A stretch of DNA of 64,000 bases from Podarcis filfolensis (lineage: Eukaryota): the NCBI GenBank assembly GCA_964270895.1, contig OZ185450.1. One strand, given 5' to 3'. Position numbers and translations under genes: made by a program. This document shows positions 37,424-48,345 of this stretch, piece by piece (the stretch's first letter is position 1; each line of letters begins with the position of its first letter). The notes below the pieces were generated by a model, which saw nothing but the letters and a program-made list of their open reading frames with translations, had not been told where the DNA came from and made no database searches.

Positions 37424-38337
37424 AAGCGCGCACACACTTGCTATCATAGTTTGGGAAACATGAGAATAAAAAGCTCTCTTAATGCAGCGGTGTTAGGAAA
37501 CAACTCTCAAGAGTGAAGGTAGCCGAACTTGAAATTCATATTAAAGGCTAATTTTAAATACCTTTTCAACACATATTAACATACTACAAACTGGAACTCA
37601 TTAAATTGTGGGGGTGGAGGGTGGAGAGGGATGAGTAAGAGCGGAGAACCTATATACCTAATCAGCAAGTGTGATCTCACTTGGTGATTGCTTGTTGCAA
37701 TTCAGGTTCGTTACTGGAATGTTAGGAGACAGCATTAATCTGGAGCTACGGCTGTTATGGTATTAGCAACTATTATCAGTGGATATGATAATCCCATAGT
37801 TATGCTTGTTCTGTAATCTTCTGAACTATGAGAAATGGAATGAGACACACACACAATCACACACACACACGACAAACTTAAGGACTGGTGTCTGACAGAC
37901 ACCATATGCCACGAAGAAGAGAGGAGGGGGAGGGTGTTTCTCGAATATAATTTGCAGTAGGGGTTGAAGCAACAATTTGGCTGCATTTGGGTTCAAATCC
38001 CCCACTTTATCACTTGAATATCTTCAGAAGCCTGGACAGGAAAATCCTCTCCTGCGTCATATGCTGGAGAGTTGCTGCTCCATGAATTACACAGAGTAGT
38101 AATGGAGGAGTCATGGGGTTTGATTCTATCCATGCATCCAAACAAATGTACATCTGTGCTGAGCTCCTTATAACACTTCAGTGGCAAACCTGTTACCATC
38201 CCAGCCCCAAGCGGGCAATAGGGAACACAACAAAATAGAGTGGGGGTTTAGGGTACCAGGCATACCAAGGAGCACCCAAAGGGGTTGCCATCCATACCAG
38301 AGTTTGGCATCCTCACGTAAGATGGGTATGTGCTAAC

Positions 38338-38465
38338 GCACCCTCCAGAATCTGGATGTGGCTAGACTACAGCTCCCATCAACCTTTACTACTGGCCATC
38401 CTGGCCGAAGCTTATGGGAACTGCAGTTCAACAGCACCTGCAGGAAACCAGATTGGTGTAACCTA
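38338..38465. mobile_element. ~130-bp palindromic MITE, degraded
   Basis: gactacagctcccatc...atgggaactgcagttc core shared with the family. Confidence 0.65.
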
Positions 38466-38752
38466 GGTATTTCTGCCCTTCGGAACGATCTCTATTGTCT
38501 TTTAGGCACTTGCTTAAGACTTTCTTGAAAGAGGAAAGTGGTGATTGTTATACTACTTAGTATCAGTTCTGGATTTGAAAATGATTTTACATTTGCAATG
38601 GCTGGTTTTTAGAGATTGTTTCATATGTAATTTGGATTTTAAAAAATTATTTTTATATATACATTTGTTTTAACGCTATTTTTATTGTATTGTAAATTGC
38701 TTCAAGATGCCTTAAAGGAAACAATTCATAAATGAAACTAATAATAACTATA

Positions 38753-38975
38753 CAGTCGTACCTTGGATTCTGAATGCCCTGAAACTCGGACGTTTTGGCT
38801 CCCAAACGCCACAAACCCGGAAGTGATTGTTCCGGTTTGCAAACGTTCTTTTGGAACCCGAACGTTCAACAGGGCTTCCGCAGCTTCTTATTGGCTGCAG
38901 GAGCTTCCTGCAGCCAATCAGAAGCCACAATTTGATTTCCGGAAGGGATTCCGTTCGACTTCCAAGGTACGACTG
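38753..38975. mobile_element. Tc1/mariner (Tigger-like) MITE, 223 bp
   Basis: Perfect 14-bp TIR cagtcgtaccttgg / ccaaggtacgactg; TA on both sides; internal hairpin ttggctgcagga-gc-t-tcctgcagccaa. Confidence 0.88.
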
Positions 38976-40222
38976 TAATTAGTAATACTATAGATTCACA
39001 GTGCAATCCAATGCACGTTTACTCAGAAGTAAGTAGCCTATGTTCAGTGATAGTCCCTTCCAAGCAAGATGACTGCAACCTCAGTTTTCCTTCCTGTTAA
39101 TTCCAGCAAGAATATGAAATACAACCTTTAGTGAAAAACAGCTTTGAGTAAACACATTTTACATCTAATAATTTTAACACTTCGGCAAAAGATGGAAGTG
39201 TGCAATAGTATATATATGGGGACAATATGATGACATACCCAGCTGGAAAAAAAACAGAACTAAGAACAATATAAATATTGCCCATTATTTTACACTGAGA
39301 ATATGGTTCAGCATTTGTGGGCTACAATTAAGCACACAGAGATCCTCAGAAGCATCATCACCCTGCCAGAGGTGTAACTTCCTGCACATGCATACAATGC
39401 TCGATTTTCACATTGTAGCACAGACTGTAACACAGAAGCTGTTACATTACCCATCATGCCCTTTATTAGATAGTCTCAGAACTCTAAAAATAAACAGAGA
39501 GGTTTGGAATAAAGCAATGAGTGCAGCCAAGAGTGTTTTGTCAAGGGACTAAATACTCACACCCTAATTGGCAAATATTTCTAACTTCTGTAATGGGTTT
39601 TGATAGAAGCTTGGATTCATGGGTGCAAATGTAAGGGTTTGGGGGAGCACAGAAGAATATGAGCTAATGTAATTGCCTGGAAAACCACAAATGACACTCC
39701 AGACAGCTGTTGCCAGGGGAACAGTTATTTGCAACAGCTTCCTCCAGAATTTATGGGTTTGCCCCCTCCTGCCATTCTCCTCCACATGTCTGGAGAATGC
39801 CTTATGTACATGCATGTAAGGCAATACAAGTGTGTGGTAGATGAAGGCAACTTGGAACACATGATGAAGTAGTACATTTTGGGGGTGTGAAGCCAAGAAA
39901 TCTTAATGTGTGTCTACATGCTGACTTTCCCAGGTACAATTCCGTGGATCAGGGTCCTAAGGTTTTAACAAACAAATCTTCTGGGTTTTTCTCCTTCTGA
40001 CACTATCTTCATCCATCCCAAGACATGAAAGTGTGCACCGCTGTCTACAGAACATTGCATGAGAAACAGCCCCAGTAAGGAGGATTTATTTCAGTCCCTG
40101 TGTTGAAGGCAAGATGGCTATAAAGCAGGTTTTAAAAATGTCCAAGAATCTGCTTTTTCCTCCCACCACCTTGCCACTCCCAAGTGAACTAAAGATGGAG
40201 TCTGGGGCTGACTGGTCCTTAC

Positions 40223-40375
40223 CAAGCACTGTAATCGTCATAAAGTATTCCTGTGGGGGGTCCGTGTAGAGTTGGCAGAAGTATCTTCCTTCATCCGAAA
40301 TGGAGACATTCGTCAGTGACACTCTGAGCTCACTGCTAGAGAAATTCACTAACTGAAACCTGCTGTCCTTCAAAG
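40223..40375 (-). CDS. CADM1: CADM1 exon 3 (153 nt), Ig-V domain C-half: [51 protein letters not shown]
   Basis: Acceptor ttccacag|CTTTG; donor GTGCTTG|gtaagg; contains the DEGRYFC Ig-V motif. Overlaps ORF 40086..40394(-). Confidence 0.97.
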
Positions 40376-40709
40376 CTGTGGAACAAAGATACAATTAGAA
40401 ACTGCAATGTTATGAGACATACAGTGCTTCCCTCCCAGAGAAAACAGTGAAAACCAGAAGCCTGGAGAGGTGGCAGCAGCGTTGACATGCAGTAGCAATA
40501 CCACCCTCTTTTTCACATCCTGTTATTTTGGCTCATTATGTTACAATCTGGAAATAAACAATACTAGTACTCATCAATCAATACAAATAATCTAAACAAA
40601 AGCCCCGTATCAAGTACTGATAATTACTCTCCCCCTTCCTGTCTACTTGCTCAACACTGCAGAAAGCCTTTAACAAATGAGCTTCTACAACATACAGGAC
40701 CCCTTATCC

Positions 40710-40836
40710 CAGGCATTCCCAACCTGATGCCCTCCAGATATCTTTGACTGCAAAGTCCATCAGCCCCAACCAGCACGACCAATGACAAATTGGGTGGGGA
40801 GCAATATCTGGAGGGTTCCAGGCTGGCAAAGGATAG
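40710..40836. mobile_element. ~130-bp palindromic MITE, degraded
   Basis: caggcattcccaacctgatgccctccagatat...atatctggagggttccaggctgg arms. Confidence 0.7.
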
Positions 40837-42152
40837 ATGGATGGAAAGCCCATGAACAAAGTTTTCACAAATTAAACTTGAGAAGGTTTAGGACATGTGG
40901 GGAGAATGTTTAAACAAACAACTTCCAGCAGAACTCCTAAAATCTTTGGTTTTGCCAATTCATCGGGAACATTTAATCAAGCAACACAAAGCTGGAGAGA
41001 TGCACTGCAGCCTCTTCCGAGGTCCAGAAGTTTATAAAGTTAGATAAAAAATATGAATCAAATAAATTGTTGGAAGTTTTCTGATGTTTTAAATACAACA
41101 CCAAGTAATTTCTGGGACCAGAAGAACACGCATCAGTTCAAACACAGGCACATTCTTACTTCTACTAACCCCAACAGATCTACTACCTACATCTCCCCCA
41201 CCTATCCCAACATATCAAAAGAATAAAGAGAGGTAGGGGAGATGAGCACCATTCATTAGTTTCTTAGCTCTTCCTTCCAAGGGCTAGGTTATATACCTCA
41301 CCAGCTCCTCCATGATGCCATGTTTCACTATCAGCCCTTTTGTTAGTCTCCAGACAAATTACGAAAATTTCTCCAGATTTCCCCTCCTTGCCTAGGGCAC
41401 ATGGCTGTTTGCAGAAGGATATCTCTGTCCCATTATTCCTGGCCTCACCTAATGCATGATTTCCAATTTTGAAAAAAATGTGTCCCTGCAAAAAGAAGCA
41501 CTCAGAAGAACCAAGTTTTTGTGGCCTACTGACATATCCATTTCAATTTGCTCCAAAATATTAGGGACCATATTGTTCCTAACTTTAAATGTCATTTTAA
41601 AAAGGATGAGAGACAGGGCAGTCCCAGGAGAAAGATGGCTCGTGTCTACTAACCTTGGACTATAAATGACCCCATATATCTTAGTTATATTTTCCTAGAG
41701 AGTAGGCAAAGATTCCAGGAGCACTCAATTTGAATTATAACAGTGTCTATTATTGATAAGGTTTTAAACACATGTTCAAGACCAACTTAACATTCTTCAG
41801 TTGGATTAAGGAATTGGCTTGAACATTCCAACCACTGAGCCAAACACTTCTCCTTATCCAATGGTAAGCACATCCTGTTTTGCCCTATTCGATTTGTTTG
41901 TGTCAACTAAATATTTTGGCACTTAATTGCAATTCAGAGTGAATTACTGTGGTCAATTCCTCTTGCACTGCAAGATGGTCTGACTCTTAAAAAGGTCTAT
42001 AGCTAGTCTTTCCATTAAAGCAAGTGATTATGATTGCCTGCCTTTGCCTACTTACTGAAGAATTGACTAAACCTTTAAAATGTCTGGCATTAAATTAAAA
42101 GGAGCCCTCAGCAACCTCTTTATCAAGATTTGCCAAACAACACAGAACTCAC

Positions 42153-42299
42153 GTCTGAAGTCTCTGAAATAAATCGTCTGTCTATTGGGATTCAAGAGCT
42201 GAATCACGGAGTCATCACTGTTTCTGACTTTGCAGCTGATGGTGGCAACTTCCCCCTCTACGACGGTCACATCTTCTGTAACCAAATTCTGTCCTTCAC
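42153..42299 (-). CDS. CADM1: CADM1 exon 2 (147 nt), Ig-V domain N-half: (G)[48 protein letters not shown]
   Basis: Polypyrimidine tract and acceptor ctttaacatcttaag|GTGAAGG; donor TTCAGAC|gtgagt; phase 1-1. Overlaps ORF 42067..42285(-). Confidence 0.97.
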
Positions 42300-42604
42300 C
42301 TTAAGATGTTAAAGAAAAAGAAAAAGACAGAACAGGTCAACTCACATTCAGTCCATATGGAAGCCAAATACCCTCTTACCCCCTGCAAATGCAGCAAATT
42401 AGTTGTGAATTGGACACATGAAGACCTGTGGTTATGTAAAGACATGGTGCACAGTACCCCTGACTAACACTGATTTGTCAGTTGCATTCCTTAATTTTAT
42501 GCGCAAATGCGCGCCACACACACACACTCTTTTGCTGGATAGGGTGAACAGCAACTGCCTCAGGGAAATGTGTGGCAGGAATGTTTGCCTCTCATGTCTG
42601 GCAC

Positions 42605-42909
42605 CAGGGCTGTCTTACCCATAGGCGCTAGGGGTGCGGGGCACCTGGACGCCAGGCTTTCAGGGGCACCAGGCCGAGAGTCTGGGGCCCGAGAGTTGAG
42701 TCCAGGGAAGAGCCCACCCATGGGTCAGAGCGCCACGGTGTGCTCTTCTGCTGTGGGTGGCTCTGCGCCGTGAATTCGGGGGTGACCGAGCCAGTGAGAT
42801 GCTGAGGCAGCCAGCTGGCTCCACCCTCCTGCGTGCCTGGGACTGGGCAACCGGGGGACGCCGGGCGAATCTTTGCACCCCGCTGCTGCATATGCTTAAG
42901 ACAGCCGTG
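42605..42909. mobile_element. hAT MITE, 305 bp, GC-rich, ~300 nt upstream of the exon 2 acceptor
   Basis: TIR cagggctgtctta / taagacagccgtg; perfect 8-bp TSD TCTGGCAC at 42597-42604 and 42910-42917. Confidence 0.87.
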
Positions 42910-43919
42910 TCTGGCACCACCTCTCCCTGCAGCCATTCCCTCTGCAATAGTCTTAGACTGACAACATGCTAAGGAAGTAGTGGAACTGTGCAATACTTTA
43001 TCATATTGGTATTTTAAGGCTGCCAGTAAATCAAAATTCATTGAAAACTTAGTATCTCTTGCATTATACCAAACAACTTAAACACACCAAGGACACATTC
43101 TCATAGTGTCTTACTATAAGGATTATCCCCTTCAACATTTTGGATATTAAAAGCTTCTCCCCGCTAAATGATTGCAGCCATTTTATCCGTTGGAAGTTAG
43201 AAATCTTAAAACAGCAAGTAGCACCCTTTCATAAGAGACTGCTGATTAAAGATTCATATTCTAATTCACTATTGATTTTAGATAAAATTTTAATTTATAC
43301 ACTACTTAACCACACAAAAATGGAGTTCAAAATAGCTCACACAAATTCAGTTCATTATTTGGTACTTTCCTTTCAGCAGATGCATACATTACACACCTGA
43401 TAAGTACCTTGTGTGCAACAACAGCATCCTAAGGCAGCTGTTCTGCTTTAAAGAGGATGGGGGCAATTGGGACCCCTCCTGTTGCACATGCCAGTGGCTC
43501 TGATGACACACTAGTCACCTGTGACAGAGCAACACCTGCTGTTTGAGCAGAAAAGCAACTCAGCAAATCAAAGCTGAACATGTTAAAACTGGAGATGTGC
43601 ATGTATGGGCCTTTCTAATAAAAACCATATTCTCAAGGACAGAACTATTAAATGCGTTGGACACCACAGATATAGCTGGAAAAGCTTCATTAGAAGGATG
43701 AGTGGAAAGACAGACACAGATACCATAATTATTTTGCTAAAAATAGGAGATGCTGCTTCTGCAGACAGGCTATATCTGGAAGCACCTGAAAGGTAATCCC
43801 ATCTGGTTGTGAAAACATAACCCCTGGGAGAGACCTCGGAGGGGTGGGTGTGAGACGAGCAGATCTCTTCTTGAGACTTAAAAACAAAACAAAAAACCCC
43901 AACAAGACATACATATGAG

Positions 43920-44066
43920 CAGGGGTGCCAACTTGAATAAAATAGGGGGGCACAGGTAAGCACACACCATTTGAATGGCAAGGCCCACCAACTTTTGGGG
44001 GCCTGGCCCCCTCAAATATTTTACTGGGGTTGAAGGGACCTTGGCTCCTAGTAGTTGGTTCCTATG
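43920..44066. mobile_element. hAT MITE, 147 bp
   Basis: Ends caggggtgccaact / agttggttcctatg; perfect 8-bp TSD CATATGAG at 43912-43919 and 44067-44074. Confidence 0.82.
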
Positions 44067-44764
44067 CATATGAGAACACATATCTTCACACACACACAAA
44101 TATCTCAAGCACCACAGACTGAAAGATCTAAAACAAACTGATTAACGAAGCTGTGGCAAAACACAAATCAAGGCCAAGGAAGGGGCAGAAGAGGAGAGAG
44201 CTCATTTCCAGGGTGCCACAGCTTTTAACTGTGTGTCTCAGCGATGGGCTAAAAGGCAGAAGGTTGCACCTCACAAAGCATTTTTGGTTGGTCTCTTTTA
44301 GTTACCGCAGCCTTCATTGTCTGTGCCTCATTTCCTTTACTATGGAACATAGACCTTTATGTAAATGTGCTTTTACACTGGGTACATTCCTTTATTTTAT
44401 TTTTTCATTCCAGCAGTTTATCGAGGACCCAATTATGCACTTCTAGACCTAGCAGAAACTGCACTGACTATTAAGTACCCTGTTTACGGCTCCCTTCTTT
44501 CCTGAAAGCACTGCACATTTTGCTGCAGAAGCCCAACTCTGTGTTCACGGCAGGAATCTGTCAAGTCAAAAAACTCAACAGCCACCACCTGCCTGTTAGC
44601 GATGGGCCTTATGTAGTCACTGAGTAAGATTTTCAAATAAAAAGGGGTCAGGTATGCATTGAAAACTGCATGGGGGACGTTGATCGCTTTTCTCCCTCTC
44701 ATAACACTAGCACTTGTGGTCATCCAATGAAGCTGATTGTTGGAAGATGCAGGGTAAATAAAAG

Positions 44765-44900
44765 GAAGTACTCATCAAGCAGCACATAGTTAAAACTATG
44801 GAACTCACTCCCCATAGGAGACAGTGATGGCCACCAACTTGGGTGGCTTTAGAAGATGATCAGACAAATTCATGGAGAAAATGACTATAATGGCTACTAG
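44765..44900 (+). mobile_element. CR1-group LINE fragment
   Basis: cacatagttaaaactatggaactcactcccc...gtgatggccaccaacttgggtggcttt...gacaaattcatggag matches the recalled squamate CR1-like 3' region. Confidence 0.6.
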
Positions 44901-46438
44901 TTTCGATGACAACAATGCAGCAAAATCCAAGATTACAAAGAATTTCCTAGAGCGGACATATTTAATTTTCTTTCAATGATCATCCCAAGCAATAGCTCAG
45001 GACATCAGAAGAGACCTACAGTTCTTGATAGCTTCATTTCCCTGTTATAACACTGGAGGCAGTTGGGGGGAGATGCGTAACCCCAGTGGAGTTTTCTAGG
45101 GTTGCCGTATTTCAAGAAGTAATAAATCTGGACACCCCCAAAGTTTTTGAGCTTTTAAAGGAAAACCCGAAAGCTTTTTTAAGACAACTTGGGAAGGTGT
45201 TATGGTGCACTTACTATCAGGAAGGAGTGGGTGGGATCAGTAAGGCATGGGAGCTTCCTGCTCTTAGAGGCCAAGTGCAATAGATACATTCAACATGACA
45301 GCTTAATTTTCCAAGGCACTTCCCTGTTCCAGCCTCCCTCCCTGTACACAGCTGAGGAATCACCACCACCAATGTAGCAAATGCACTAAGCACAACGACT
45401 GGCATGTAGTTGGTATCAGGCTACCCAGTACATCAAAGCCAAGCAAATTCTCAAATCAAAGGAACCAAGATTAAATTTATACTTTGCTGGCAGCAGGCAG
45501 GCACCGAGGAAGTACGTGCAAAATATTTGAGGGAAAACTTATCACAAGACATTGCCTAAAACAGAGTAAAAAAGGTAGCTCCATCTGATTGCGCTTGTTT
45601 TCAGAGCCCAACTTCTACTTACTATATTTAAATCAGCAGGTGATGCTTTGATAGTCCAAAAGCAGAGAACAAAATAAATTCTTCCATTCAGTTACCCAGT
45701 GAGCTAGGTAATATTTTACTGTCAGAAGCTCTGAATTCCCCCCTCCTACACCTTTTAATGAACTGAAGCCAGTGTGTCAGCAGCAATATCTAGGTTAGAG
45801 TATTAAACAATGCAGAAATGGGGGTGGGGCGGGGGGAGAGAAGCACAGCTCTGCATTCTACGTTCTGCATACTGTCCTTTCTGCTTCTCTCGCTCCAGTG
45901 TAGCTTTTGAGCCAGCTCAAAGACACCAAGTGCAATCGTCTTTCACTTGCTCATGGCATGAAAGCAAAAAAAAAAGTACAAACAACTAGGAGTTGAGGAG
46001 GAAAAAGGTAAGCAGAGTGATGACTATATTGGGACAGGCGAGAGATGGAAAGTAGATAAAGGGTCCCCGAAACAAAGTAAGGCAACACTTGGCTGAAAAA
46101 CACCATCTATCTATCCATCCATTCCTGTGCCTATATAAAGGAGGAAACTATGCCTCCACTAATTTCTTCTCACAGGTGCCCTCTAATTCCCTCCTTCCAT
46201 GAAGCAAATGGCAGCTTTGCTCTTTAAAAAGTTATTTTAAGTCAGGAACACAATGCAGAGGAAAAGGTTAAAAAGCCTACTCTCCAACTGCCATAGCCCT
46301 AATCCTATTCCCCACACTCACAGACCACTTTTAAAACAACAAGGAACCTCTATGATTATGGGCTTTCGCCCTTTGTCTAGCTTTGATTTAGGGTTACACA
46401 GGAAAGCATGTGAGTCCTTGTTGGTTTTTTGTCTTGCA

Positions 46439-46984
46439 CAGGGGTCGGCAAACTAAGGTCCGCGGGCGGGATCAGGCCCAACTGCCTTCAGGATCTGGCC
46501 CGCGGACTGTCCGTGGATCGGCATGGGGATTCTGTTTGTTTAGGTTGCGCCATTTTTTTCTGCGCCATTTCCCCCCCCCCCATACACACCACGGCTGCAC
46601 CTCCTCCCTCCCTCCTCCTGGCTTCTCCCCGCCCTGCCTAGAGAAGAAACGGGGCTGGGCTGAGCTGGCTGAGCGCCACTTTAAGCAGGCCCTCTCCGGA
46701 GCCAGCCCTTTCGCGCTGCTCATCTTCCCTCCGCCATTGTCGTCACCGCCCTGGTGCTCCTGTCTGCCTGTCCATGAGAAGCTGCCCCTGGGAAGCCCCT
46801 GGGTGGTGGCAGCCCCGGGAAGGTAAGCGCAGCAGCTGGGGCTGAGGCTGGGGGCTGGGGAGGAGGACAACATGCCCCCCTCACCTCTTCTTCCAGCCCC
46901 CCTCCGGTGCCGCTATTCCAGCCCATCACAAGGTCTGAGGGACAGTGCACCAGCCCGCAGCTAAAAAGTTTTTGCTGACCCCTG
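46439..46984. mobile_element. hAT (Charlie-like) non-autonomous element, 546 bp, GC/CpG-rich core
   Basis: TIR caggggtcggcaaac / tttttgctgacccctg; perfect 8-bp TSD GTCTTGCA at 46431-46438 and 46985-46992. Confidence 0.88.
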
Positions 46985-47774
46985 GTCTTGCAGCACCTAC
47001 TACACTTTTTCAGTTAAAGATACTATTAAGCACCGACAGCATTGGAAACGCAACACTGGCGGATGAAAGAAATAAAACAAAGTGAATGCACCCTCTTCAG
47101 CTATATGGGTGCGGGGAATGGACAACCCTCCCTCTTCAAATATTGTGCCTCAGTAGAGGACTGGTTTGAGCCAAATGGCCTGAAGTCATCAAGAAGAGAC
47201 AGAACTCAAGCTGCCCACTAATGAATGCCCTGGTATGTTTTTGGAACCTGTTTCACACTTGTGGGATTTCCTTCACTTGGAGACTCGCCAAAAGCTAAGA
47301 ACATTTTCGGAAACAGAAGACTGTATCATTTCAGCTGACTTCTACATGTCAACAAGGAAAACATTTTAATGACTCATATTTTATACATTAAGTGCAAATG
47401 TTTGGTCAACCAGAACAAACCTGTAAGAAACCTGTGGCTTAAAAAAATAAAAATAAACATCATATAACGTTTAAGCAGAACACCAGTTTTAATTCTACAC
47501 TTGATTTAGGCTAATCTCTCTTAGATCAACCAAGCCAAAGTACTATGGAGACTGAAACGTACAGAAAGACTTTGCAAAGGCACCCAAACTACTGTGAGTA
47601 GATATTAATCTGCATGCCATCAATATTCCAGGCCACGAACGACTAGAGCTAATAAAAAGAAGTACTCCACACAAAGCTTCTATTAATTGATGGAATTCGC
47701 TGTCACGGGATTTTGTGTGGTTTAACAGTATAACTGTTAAACAAAACAAAATACTTCACAAATTTATGGAAGAG

Positions 47775-47962
47775 AGGTTTGCTGAAGCCTATTAGTTAAG
47801 ATACTACCTGCATAATTGGAGTCAGTATGCTCTTGAATGCCAGTTGCTAGAAACCACAGGAGAAAGGTCCTGACTGTAGACTTCCCACTGGGGAAACTGG
47901 GTGGTCACTGTGAGAACAGGATGCTGGACTAGATGGGCCACTGACATGACCCAGGAGGCCTC
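47775..47962 (+). mobile_element. CR1-group LINE 3' end
   Basis: gtatgctcttgaatgccagttgctagaaacc...ggtcactgtgagaacaggatgctggactagatgggccactg. Confidence 0.65.
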
Positions 47963-48035
47963 TGAATGCAATGGAAGCCAGCACTCGTAATCACCCAGAA
48001 TTTTCTAAAATGCCCTATCTCTGTAGCCAACTCAA

Positions 48036-48345
48036 CAACAATAATTTATTTATATATTGCTTATATGCCAGAATGGCATCAGAGCATTTTTCAACTTTAA
48101 AACCAATCCTTAATTAAAAGGCACGATTAAAAGGAGCTATTAAAAAAGTTTAACAATTAAAACAGTTAATAAAACTGCAAGTTTGGTTCAGTGGAATGCT
48201 TGCCTAAATGGGTGTGTCTTCAGGAGCTGGTGGAATGCCAGCAATAATGGGACCTCTTTTATTTCAGCAGGGGGAGCATTCCACAGCACTGAAATCCCCA
48301 GTGAAAAAGCCCACCTCCGTGTTCCCGCAAGCCAAAGATTATCAG
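48036..48345 (-). mobile_element. L2-type LINE 3' end
   Basis: ataatttatttatatattgc tail followed by gggggagcattccacagcac...gaaaaagccc. Confidence 0.6.

Larger units (their letters stand above)
2011..42299 (-). other. CADM1: CADM1 gene, partial (exons 2-9); the transcription unit extends beyond both window edges and 42300-64000 is intron 1
   Basis: Eight exons with AG acceptors and GT donors join in frame (147+153+138+156+100+173+66+33 = 966 nt). Peptides match recalled CADM1 rather than CADM2/3/4, and exon sizes match the recalled human pattern except exons 5 and 8. Confidence 0.96.

Noticed and set aside
2011-42299. Assignment to CADM2, CADM3, CADM4 or a nectin
   Set aside because: [40 protein letters not shown] and DTTATTEPAVH are CADM1-diagnostic as recalled.
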